A stretch of DNA of 64,000 nucleotides, from contig NW_018408899.1 in NCBI RefSeq assembly GCF_002113885.1, positions 2,118,278 through 2,182,277 of the forward strand, given 5' to 3'. Below the pieces are notes generated by a model, which worked only from the letters and a program-made list of their open reading frames with translations, searched no databases and was not told where the DNA came from. Origin of the DNA: Mizuhopecten yessoensis. Lineage: Eukaryota. The position numbers were made by a program, and so were the translations under genes. Below are positions 1-9,529 of the stretch, one piece after another (position 1 is the stretch's first letter; every line of letters starts with the position of its first letter).

Positions 1-163
1 CAAAATCCTTGATTCAAACATGCACCTGAAAATTAGATATAATGAAAAAAATGGAATTTTAATGACAAAATTAAAACAAAACTTTAATTACACAGGAATT
101 ATCACAACCCCAATATTACCTTTCTAGATTGTCAGATTGTTTGCCTTCAGGTCTTGGTGGCAT
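1..163 (-). CDS. Possible 5' coding exons of an unidentified gene running off the left edge (exons 163-120 and 25-1)
   Basis: ATG at 163 in AAAATGC context, reading MPPRPEGKQSDNLE, with a phase-2 GTAATA donor at 119 and a TTTCAG acceptor at 26 continuing RCMFESRIL. No homology recognised. Confidence 0.25.
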
Positions 164-1373
164 TTTCACTCTCGTGTTGTTGAAATGTTCCCAACTATAT
201 AGTAGTACTTATCCAGCTATACTGACAGATGATTCAGAAGTCATCATATATATAGTGGTGTATGACATAGCGGAATTGAATACAAATCTCGAAAACGTCG
301 TGACGACACGTTTACTTTATCAGCCAAAATTGTGTATGACGTCACTGTGTACGAAATAAACAAAGAAAAGCTATGTCAGTATGTGTCAAATTTATTTTTG
401 GAACAAAATAAAATTCCAAAATCATAACTATATTAGGCCATTTTCGTAACTAGAATAATAAAACAAGAGGTGATATTTCAGACAACGATATCGCTCGAAA
501 ACCAACACAGAAGAACAGCTGATCTTGGTCGTCTGCAAATCGATACTGCGGAGATCCAGACGAAACTTGCCTGGACAGAACAAAGCCGAACATCGCGTTT
601 GAAAATTTGTCTCCTTTTGAACTTTCTTTTAAGCTCTGATTATGTTGCTGAAACAAATATATCATTCATATGTGACCTTCTTGTTTCGTTAAATGTAACA
701 TAAATAATTCCGTTTTCGTTTTTCACCCGGGTTTCCGTTCATTGCGAAACCGGTCATGACGCAGGGAAATTGAACAAACTAAAACGGTATATTTTTATAA
801 GTACTGTCCATTTGAACTTACTTTCCCGTCAACATCAAGTTTTCATCCTACTTGATAAAACTGTGAACCAATACTCACTTTGTTCCATCTGCCATCTCTA
901 TATTTTTAAATAGAATATTCACGCGAGGTCCACGTCCTCTTCACTCACAAAAATGGCCGTAAAGTTATTGTATTTGCTGAACCAATCAACGGGAACTCTT
1001 ATCCGGAAAGACAATCTACATGATAAAGAACATTTCCCATCATAAGAGTGAGGAAAGAAGCTATAAACTTATGATAGTCTGTTTTGTCTGAAAGAGTTTA
1101 TATTGGTTAGTTAAATGATCTAGTATGTGTCATGATGTTTTAAATAATTTTCAGGATTAATAGCTATGTGCGGTTTATATCTGAATTTATATAACATGGT
1201 CACCATTCACGTCGAAATTAATTCCGTCAAAATTGGGGTTTGCTATCAAAACAAAAGAAAGTGTCGCAGTTATTTTTAAGTTTATGAAAGGACTCGGTAT
1301 AAATATAAAGGATCTTACATGAGTTTTAATTTACGAGATTTATGAAGTGAATCTAAGATGGGTTTTTTCCCCC

Positions 1374-1412
1374 ATTTTACCAGAGACGTATATATTACGT
1401 CTCTGATTTTAC
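1374..1412. mobile_element. P-element-like excision footprint (25-bp palindrome with 7-bp direct repeat)
   Basis: ATTTTAC | CAGAGACGTA-TATAT-TACGTCTCTG | ATTTTAC. Confidence 0.6.
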
Positions 1413-1759
1413 CACCCTTCTAGCAAACTAAAAAAAATCGTGACGAGTTTCAAAAGATCATATAAAATAAAGAAAAAGAAGATAATTTATCGGGCGATCA
1501 AGACTTTTTTTGCGAATTTCAAATTAAAGTCTATGATACCGCCATTCTGACCAAATCATATATCTATTCTCCGCTAAAATGTGACCTCAAATGATATATT
1601 GAAGGCCATGGCGTCGGTTCATTATCATTTTATGACCCTTCGATGCTTTAAATACATGAGTTTAAAAGCAAAACAACGAAACGTAACAGGTAATAGTATG
1701 GTAGTCACGTGATAAATATTATATAGTATCTTGCATGAATGTCATATCATATGATATAA

Positions 1760-2103
1760 GGAGGCACGGTAGTGTAGTGGTAGGACGCCGCGCTCGTGAC
1801 CGAAGAGTTGCGGGGTCGAGTCACGGCACGGCACTGTGCTGTATCTTTGAGAAAGATACTTTACTCCGCTTGTTCCAGTCTACACAGCTGTAAAAAGAGT
1901 ACGTGGTTGGGCAGTGCTAGAATTGTTGGATGCTATCTGGTGAGCGTCGAAATGAATGGCGGCATCGGCTGTGTGCTCCCCAGTGTATTGAGAAAGATAT
2001 TGGCTGGTTGCGAATGCCCTATAACCACGGATAATAATTTGTGAACCGCTTTGAGACGACCTACAAACTAGGTTGTGATAGAACCTCGAATTATTATTAT
2101 TAT
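1760..2103 (+). mobile_element. tRNA-derived SINE with CORE-like central domain and L2-like 3' tail
   Basis: A box TAGTGTAGTGG, B box GGGTCGAGTC, CORE-like GTATCTTTGAGAAAGATACTTTACTC...CCAGTCTACACAGCTGTAAA, tail TTGTGAACCGCTTTGAG...(ATT)n. Confidence 0.8.
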
Positions 2104-2695
2104 ATGCGGATAGTTTTGAAAGACTGTAGATAATGTTTCCCCATAGAACCCAACAGTATCAAAAAACAGGCTGAGCTGCTTGATTAATTGGGGGCAGCCA
2201 ATAATATTTGAATACTAGTAATTGTATATATTGCAATAACATTTTGTGAAAATGGCAATATATTGATACAATTTTTTAACAAATTGCCTTGGTAGTTCAA
2301 GCACATTTCTGTAATAATATTCCAGAAATAACGTTAACATCATGATTGGATCAATATTATCCTTCTTAAGATGTTTTGGTGTGTGGATAACTTTCAAAAT
2401 TATAAGAATTAATTTTCAACTTATCATTGAAGCTTACTGAACTGGTTCTCACATAATAAAATATTGACTTTTAGGAATACAATATATACCTTGTGATATA
2501 TTGTAATATTCCTTCAATATTGCAATAAATTGCAAAGTGAAAATTGCTTACAATACCCACCCCTAGTATCATGTGATAAATCAAAGTTGGACAGTGATGC
2601 ATTTTCTTTGATCAGTCATTAATTAAAACTTCAAACATAGTCTAACAATATACATTGGCATTGGTCTGCTTGAAACTATCTAGAACGTGACGTGC

Positions 2696-2738
2696 CACAT
2701 ATCAGATCAAAGTTGACTGTAAAAGAGTTGTCTGCCCT
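2696..2738 (+). repeat. Left terminal inverted repeat (starts CAC)
   Basis: Inverted match to 8911-8955; 26 of 27 nt identical over ACATATCAGATCAAARTTGACTGTAA plus the adjoining base block. Confidence 0.85.
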
Positions 2739-3759
2739 TTGGTCAACTTCGTCACGTTTCGCCTATGCATTACCGGCTCTTAAAGTCAGATTGTTAAGCA
2801 GTCCTTGATATATTGACTTGGTATCGTTTATTACTCCCGATTGCAGTTAACTGTGTTTATTTCGAATTGAACGAATGTGTTTGCATTTACATCAGGATCA
2901 GCTACACGTCGTAAAATTGTAAGTAAAGCCATCCGATCGAGTGGTTTTGCCAAAGAAAAGGCGGCGTTTGGTGAGAGGGTAGCCCAACAATTTATTATAT
3001 TTAGAAACTGTGAACAAGCCAATCACTTAATACCTTTGGAATGACATCATTGGAAATCACAACTATTCAGCCAATCAGGTTGGAGATAGATATATCTAAA
3101 AATAAATCCGTAATTTCCTCGTTTTCTTTAGTTGAACGGCAACTGGTGCTGGGTGAAAATCATAGCCAAGAAAAAATTCCAGTCTAACAATTTTATTGGC
3201 ACTTGACATATCACATTTTAAATCACAGTTTACATATTACAACCGTTCCTTTCCGGCGAAATAAAAAAAATACACACTTAGCAATTAACAATTAATGTAT
3301 AACACTATTTGTAGATAAAAATTAAAAATAATAATAAAAAAACAAATGAACACATCACATCAGAGATCTCTTTTAGGTTTTGACACAAGAGGACAGATTG
3401 TTAAGAAATAAAAAGCACAATTTGTAGATAAATCAATGTATTAGAAAAAAATACTTGCAACATTTAACAAAAACAAATAATACAGTGTAAAATCTCTTAC
3501 AATTTACAATGTGCTTTCAACAACTTGATTTATACATATATGTATTGCCATGGAATGTTACTTCATATATGCAGGTCAGGTATTACTTCATAAAAAAATA
3601 AATAGCATTATATTTCATAAAGAAATAACATGTGCTATAAACAAAGCAAACACATACCCTCACACATATGTAACTAGTAAGTTTTCTTAACTTTCTGTCA
3701 CGTTAAATACAGGATTACCAACAACAAATCTTTTTCAGCTTTTCTGTTCCGTGTATATG

Positions 3760-5874
3760 TTATGACTTACCACAACTAATTTTATTATGATCTGCACCAC
3801 CACAACATGAACATTTCAGTGTCTTTGATTTTTGCCTTTGTGAATTTTCCAAGATTGAGATTCTATTTTGTTTTTCCATGATCTGGCGCAATGCTAGTTG
3901 AGGTTTATGACAGCTGCCTCGAAAGTATTGTTTTGTGATGGTGTCATTTAATTTTTCCAGTCCTTGTTGGGTAAACGAAGAAATATCTCCATGACGCCTG
4001 ATTAATTCATGTGCATGACATCGAAGAATGTGAATGTAAGGTGTGATGTCCCGGGACTGAAAGGCTTCAACATACAGCAAACACCACTCTTTTGTCCGTT
4101 CTTCTAATTCATCAGCATCAGGAGTTTCAGATTTCATAATTTTCTCAATTTGAGAAAAACCATCCCATACTTTCTGCAAAATTTCTGCTCGTCCATCATC
4201 TGAAATGAGATCATTTGCACAGAATGATTTCATCAGTTTCAGTTTTTCTGGGCCAATAAGATCTCTGTACTCAAGGCGCTTTGTATCCCGGTTTACAGAG
4301 AGCGAGAAATGTATTCCCAATTGTTCCAAAACAGTTTCTAATTTTGCGACATGTTGAACTTTACTTCTGTCAATCACTCCTGTGTTGAAGGTAGTGTTTC
4401 CATTTATGTTATCAAGTGTTCTGAGCTCTGCTATAAGCAGATTGAAAAGTTTGTCTGTAATTCTTAGAAACATGTGCAAAGGGTCCACCACAACCCTCAG
4501 TGGACCAATATGTGGGAACAGTGGGGGATTAACTACAGAAAATGCTTTTTTACTAATTTTTTTGCGAGCTTTCAGACAACCGTCAGGGCATTCATACAGA
4601 GACCTAGCACCCTTGGTTACATCCTCCATTGACCATTCTAAATCTAATTTACATTTTTCAGACTTACTGCACTTGCAATACACACAGAAATATTCTGAAG
4701 CTATACAAGGTATTCCCACTGCAACCAAGAGAAACTTATAATCTCCACCAAGGAGTATTTCAATAGTAAAATCCCTTCCATCAACAGTGATAGATGAATC
4801 CTGTAATTCCCCAACTTCCTGTCGTAAATCTCTAAGTCCATCAGCAAGCTCACTGTAAGCTTCCTTCGAATTCATCACACAAAGAGGGTAGTTTCCACTG
4901 GCAGCTCTGCATCTCTTCTCATTGATCACTGTGAATGACACATTTACAACGTGCAGACGTTTACCAACATTTGTACCATCTCCTGATAACTTGATTTTGA
5001 TTTTTCCATCAGGTGCAAATTTATTATCTTCTGCAGTTAATGAATTCAAAACTTGCAAAAGTTTAGTTTTCAAGGACTGTTGGACTCCGAGGCCATTGGG
5101 AGTATCCACAATCTTAAATCCAGTATTTAGCTTATTCACATATTCCTGTAACACATGACGCCTTGGTAATTCTTTACAATACATACTAAGTTCGGCATAT
5201 GCCTCTCTGCTGATATTGAAAGTGTCTAAAATATAAAGCAATGCACTCAACTCATCAGAGTTTTCCTCCATGTCTTGCTTCTCTTTACTTTCTCTGAGCA
5301 CCAACACTTCTTTCTTGCCATTTTCCCTCTCAACCGATACAGACAAAGGTTTTATATTTTCTTTATCCAAGAATTTCAATGACTTTTTCACTGTTTCTCT
5401 CTCCACCTTCCTTCTTTTGGACTGACCAGACTTTGTAAGCTCAGAAAATTTCCGACCAAGTGGCTTTGAACATTCTGGTATGTTATTGTTTTTTACATTA
5501 AGTAAGATAGTTTCTGTTAATTTTTTATTTTCTTCTTGACATTTTAGCAACATTTCTTTATGTTCTTTAAGCACATTTTCACATTCATGTCTATCTACCG
5601 GAGCTTGCCATTCAAATGCAGACGAGGAAAGTTCAGAAAGAAATTTCCTGAATTGGAATCCACCTAGTTTACGTTGTTTTTTTGCTTTGTCTTTCAGCTT
5701 AAAAATTAAAGACTTCAAATTTTTCAAATCACTTTCAGATGGATTCACTTTTACAAAAATTTTGTCTTCAATTTTTCTAATGACCTGGCGAACAAAGTAA
5801 TCATTCATAGGTTTGTCTCGAAACTGATCATTATCAATTATTTCAAACAGAATCTTTTTTGAAAACAAAACCAT
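3760..5874 (-). CDS. RAG1/Transib-like DDE transposase, 704 aa, uninterrupted
   Basis: Motifs: NBD-like GRKFSELTKSGQSKRRK, SGD299G, GGD378YKFL, C397xxC400, DPLH467, ITPYIH615ILRCH620, QQGLE640KLN, and C-terminal CSCCGGADHNKISC (Cx2Cx4Hx4C). Order and spacing parallel mouse RAG1 D600/D708/C727/C730/H795/H937/H942/E962. Confidence 0.9.
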   Translation of the reverse strand: MVLFSKKILFEIIDNDQFRDKPMNDYFVRQVIRKIEDKIFVKVNPSESDLKNLKSLIFKLKDKAKKQRKLGGFQFRKFLSELSSSAFEWQAPVDRHECENVLKEHKEMLLKCQEENKKLTETILLNVKNNNIPECSKPLGRKFSELTKSGQSKRRKVERETVKKSLKFLDKENIKPLSVSVERENGKKEVLVLRESKEKQDMEENSDELSALLYILDTFNISREAYAELSMYCKELPRRHVLQEYVNKLNTGFKIVDTPNGLGVQQSLKTKLLQVLNSLTAEDNKFAPDGKIKIKLSGDGTNVGKRLHVVNVSFTVINEKRCRAASGNYPLCVMNSKEAYSELADGLRDLRQEVGELQDSSITVDGRDFTIEILLGGDYKFLLVAVGIPCIASEYFCVYCKCSKSEKCKLDLEWSMEDVTKGARSLYECPDGCLKARKKISKKAFSVVNPPLFPHIGPLRVVVDPLHMFLRITDKLFNLLIAELRTLDNINGNTTFNTGVIDRSKVQHVAKLETVLEQLGIHFSLSVNRDTKRLEYRDLIGPEKLKLMKSFCANDLISDDGRAEILQKVWDGFSQIEKIMKSETPDADELEERTKEWCLLYVEAFQSRDITPYIHILRCHAHELIRRHGDISSFTQQGLEKLNDTITKQYFRGSCHKPQLALRQIMEKQNRISILENSQRQKSKTLKCSCCGGADHNKISCGKS

Positions 5875-6021
5875 TTCAAATACAGTTTGTAATCCTACAT
5901 GTACCTAGGATAAAAGGAAGTTGTAAATGAACATCATAACTGAATACCACTGACTGAAGTGTTCAATGTCCAAAAAACACACAATAGGTTACCTAGAAGT
6001 GTTGTTGAATCAATTGAATTT

Positions 6022-8892
6022 TCAAATTGAATCATTGTTTAACAGATTCTGAAACATATTTTTGTTGCCTGGTTTCTTCACAAATGAAAAAGTTAGTTGG
6101 CTACCACGGTTCATATAATCTTCTTCCACATGGTCCGGGAACAATAAAAAATCTTTCAATGCTTTCCTTTGCCCTAACCAGTACCTGATGGTGGATGTAT
6201 CGATGAAAAACGAGTCACCTTGCTCATTTAAAATCCTATAGTCAAAACCGACTCCCAGTAGCCGTTCGAGGTCTTGTCTTTTTGCTATCCGATACACCTT
6301 ACGTGTTCTCGTCGCTTTGTGGAGTGTTCCACAACATTCCAATGGTATGAATTCCTCTGAAGTCATATACTGGTGCAAAATAATCTTGCTGTCACTTCGT
6401 CCTGGTGAAAGGGATTCTTTTATATTGATTTTTAAGCTTTGGATCTGTGTAGAATGATGTAGAGGTGTTGATTTTACTGCACTTTTTTTTATGTATTCAT
6501 CGTATCGATGATGCCATCCTGGAAAAAAAAAGAGCAAGCAAATAGTTAAGACCAACAAATAGGGTATTTAGGGTCTGCTATAGATAATGTAGATCTACAT
6601 TATACACAAAGTGTTTAAAAACTTCAAATTATAAAATAACACAAATTGACCTACCAACCATACATTTATTGTATTTGTAAACATATATTTTTGGCTTAAT
6701 AGTAATAAAACTAGTACATAGAACTTATCACACACATGGGGTGGGGTGGGGTGTGGTGGGCGAGGCGGGTCGGCTGTACTGTGTGCTTCAGTAGTCAGTA
6801 TGCTATATGGATATATATAGCTATGTATTTGTACATCCTGTACATGTTCTGCTTTTAAAAACAGTGAACTTGAGATTGAATGACAAATTATACAAACTCA
6901 TATTGCATATGAAATTACATGACAAGTCATGTATCTATATATGTGTAACAGTGTATCTATGTGAAAACTCAGCAATTTTATATTTATATAACATCCATAA
7001 AACAAAGGTGTGTCCACTGCCTGTCCAGACTGCAGACAGACAGATGAATGGACACCATGGAATTATTGCTGTTGGTCCCTTCCATTTTCAAGTGGGGCCC
7101 TTATTATTATAGAATATTAAACATTCCTATTGGTTTTTAACTCAAGGATGTTATTTATTAAGTTATTTCTATATAAACCAGGAATTTGAACTTTTTAATT
7201 TAAATTTTAAAGCTGGCTGATCAAAAGCATTTCTGAACAAAATCTGAAATCTACAGAAAACCAATTCTAATATTTATTCAAATACTTTAATATATTAGCA
7301 AAGAAAATCCTGTGAGCAATTGGTCATTTACTGTTTAGAGCATTTTTTTTTCAAAAACAAGAGGACCTTTTCATTTCATGTAAAATTAAAAGAAAATTGA
7401 AATATAGGCACTATATTATATATATACATATTTTTATCATTTGCATCGCTTTATTCTGTGTGGCCTTGAGCTTAAACTTTTCATTTTAAAAAAGACACAT
7501 GTACATATTACACATGCATGGTAATGTATATATACAATTAAGTTTGTCAACATTCTAGTGACTATAATTTACCTATGTAGTGAACCTTTACCATATCCTT
7601 ATACTTGTCATCATCAACAACCTCAATCGGATAAAACCCTGCTGTCCAGCTACGTCTTCTGTTACTACTTGACGTGATGGACGTGTTCGGTGGATTGGCA
7701 AGGTCACTGCAAAAAAAAGTTTTACATATAAATGTAATTTCTCAGCCTACCAGTAGTTTGGTTTCAACAAATTCTATTTCTAGCCAAGTCTTTTCCAGGT
7801 TGCACAGCATCAGATACATATGTAACCGGTTATATACGTCTCTGACAACATGATGTGCATTTGTACAATATTGATTATTATATTTTAGTAATTAAGCTAA
7901 TTTAATTTTGTTAAATTACTCATGTACATACATCAGTAAGGAGTACATGTACCATGATATTATCATTTTTTATTTGTTTTTAAGATTGTTTTATCTGCAC
8001 AGCATATGAATCTATAATGATGCACATCATCTATTAGCAGAGTTCTCTGGCCCCTACGTATACACCAGACTCAGACAATTTGACAGATACCTGGGGTGGA
8101 CATCTTTTAGCTATCTGTCAAAATGTTTAGGTCTGGTCAGGCTAACTGTGTATGTCATCTATGTTTGTAAAGATAAGATCATGATTATTTATTTTAAAGT
8201 AGGACTTTATTATAGGTCCCCGAGTAGGAAAAAGCTATATCCTGCACTCCTAGTATCTTCCTGCACTCCCGGATCCAGAACTTATACCAGTATTAAATTC
8301 TTAGCTCGAGGCATTAATATATGAACATTGACAACTGAAGAAAAAGATGCCAATGTGAGTTTCTGTCAGTCCATTTCAATTATGGAATTTTAAATATCGT
8401 ACACTGTTAAAGTGTTTAGACGGTCTCATATCAAAATCAAAGTAATGAACCCAGGAATCACAAGAATTCATTTGTTGCCATGTATCATTTTAATTAACTC
8501 AAGAGCATGTATATATATCATTATATGTCATTAGCTTTGTGCCGTTTGTAAAGAAATCATCCAAAAGTATTATTACACAACTGTCACCTCCTAGAACACC
8601 TAATTGTGACAACTGCACTCAAATTGAAAGAAGATGAATTCTGCTCTATCTCTCTTAGTCGTATATTACCGGTAGCAAAATTGCCCGGACACCGGCTTCA
8701 CTTCACTCGATGGAAATGTAATCCATATTAATAGTGATTAACATGAAATATTGCCACTCAGTAACGTATATTTTGTGAACTGATATAATAACTTACTTAC
8801 GCATAGGAAGACATCTGATTTCTGTCCTTTGAAACTATCTTTTTTGGACGAAGTTTAAGCGCAGCCGGTTCCTTCTCAGCATTCGTCGCCAT
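6022..8892 (-). CDS. Transposon accessory protein, ~240 aa, with an N-terminal chromo-barrel/Tudor-knot motif and an uncharacterised C-terminal domain; exons 8892-8801, 7706-7573, 6518-6022
   Basis: AAAATGGCG start. Canonical GT-AG introns with matching phases (2, 1) give an open 723-nt CDS. The motif FYPIEVVDDDKYKDMVKVHYIG|WHHRYDEYI is only assembled across the exon 2/3 junction. Confidence 0.8.
7804..7851. mobile_element. P-element-like excision footprint (17+17-bp TIR remnants, 7-bp near-TSD)
   Basis: ACAGCAT | CAGATACATATGTAACC-GGTTATATACGTCTCTG | ACAACAT; same TIR sequence as 1381-1405. Confidence 0.6.
8064..8144. mobile_element. Degenerate small foldback/MITE remnant in accessory-gene intron 1
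   Basis: ACCAGACTCAGACAATTTGACAGATA ... TATCTGTCAAAATGTTTAGGTCTGGT inverted repeat. Confidence 0.45.
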
Positions 8893-8910
8893 TTTGATGG
8901 AAACTTTTAC

Positions 8911-8955
8911 AGGGGAGATAACTCTATGTTACAGTCAATTTTGATCTGATATGTA
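8911..8955 (-). repeat. Right terminal inverted repeat
   Basis: Reverse complement matches the left TIR; the terminal base reads T instead of C. Confidence 0.85.
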
Positions 8956-9529
8956 AGCCGTTTTTTACTTTCAATGTTAATTTACTTACTTTCAATAAAT
9001 TTTCCTGTTGTTGTTTTTCGTCCGATTTTGATGATATTTTTGGTTTTATTTATATAATTACATTTGTCTTCGTTACTGTGAAGTTTCATCTTCGCATAAA
9101 AGTTACTGTTGACATCATTCCAACAGGCCGCTATGTATTTGCATATTAATATTGTTTTGATAAAATAAATTATCATGTTTAAAAATCTAAGAAATGCATA
9201 GTTATGTTAATGCTATCAATAGAAGCGCTGGGTAATTTCTAGATGTGTGCCAAATTATAAAACAAAATGTTGAAAAAAAGTAAATATTCCTATAATCCGA
9301 AGGGAAAACGGGCATTGTATATCCGAATTTGCCGTCATTTGGTTCTTTGTTTAGAAACAATAAAATTAGTTTCGAAAAAATCCTTGAAAAATAAAGATAA
9401 GAGCGTGTTTATAAAAGCTAATTACAGTTAAATTATGTGTTTTAAATATCATTGACCCACTTTCTTAATGATTTTGATAATTATTCTATTTCAGGGTACG
9501 GAACTAACATGACGTTACATATATTCAAC

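Larger units (their letters stand above)
2696..8955 (-). mobile_element. RAG1/Transib-like DNA transposon with two genes (transposase plus chromo-barrel accessory gene)
   Basis: Imperfect ~45-bp TIRs. Left: CACATATCAGATCAAAGTTGACTGTAAAAGAGTTGTCTGCCCT. Right (reverse complement): TACATATCAGATCAAAATTGACTGTAACATAGAGTTATCTCCCCT. They enclose a DDE transposase ORF and a spliced second gene. No clean TSD. Confidence 0.85.

Noticed and set aside
2696-2740. 12/23 RSS structure in the TIRs
   Set aside because: Only the CACA start resembles the heptamer. There is no ACAAAAACC-like nonamer and the two ends are nearly symmetric.
2740-3759. A convergent RAG2-like gene at the position it occupies in ProtoRAG
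   Set aside because: Only ~1 kb of AT-rich sequence with no kelch or PHD-like ORF or exon chain. Two CCAAT boxes (~3019, ~3070) are present but no coding sequence follows.
4382-5158. Plus-strand ORFs of 119 and 78 aa
   Set aside because: Antisense shadows of the transposase ORF.
2691-8960. Target-site duplication of the RAG-like element
   Set aside because: Flanks CGTGC/AGCCG do not match; shifting one base gives GTGCC/AAGCC (3 of 5), which is not convincing.
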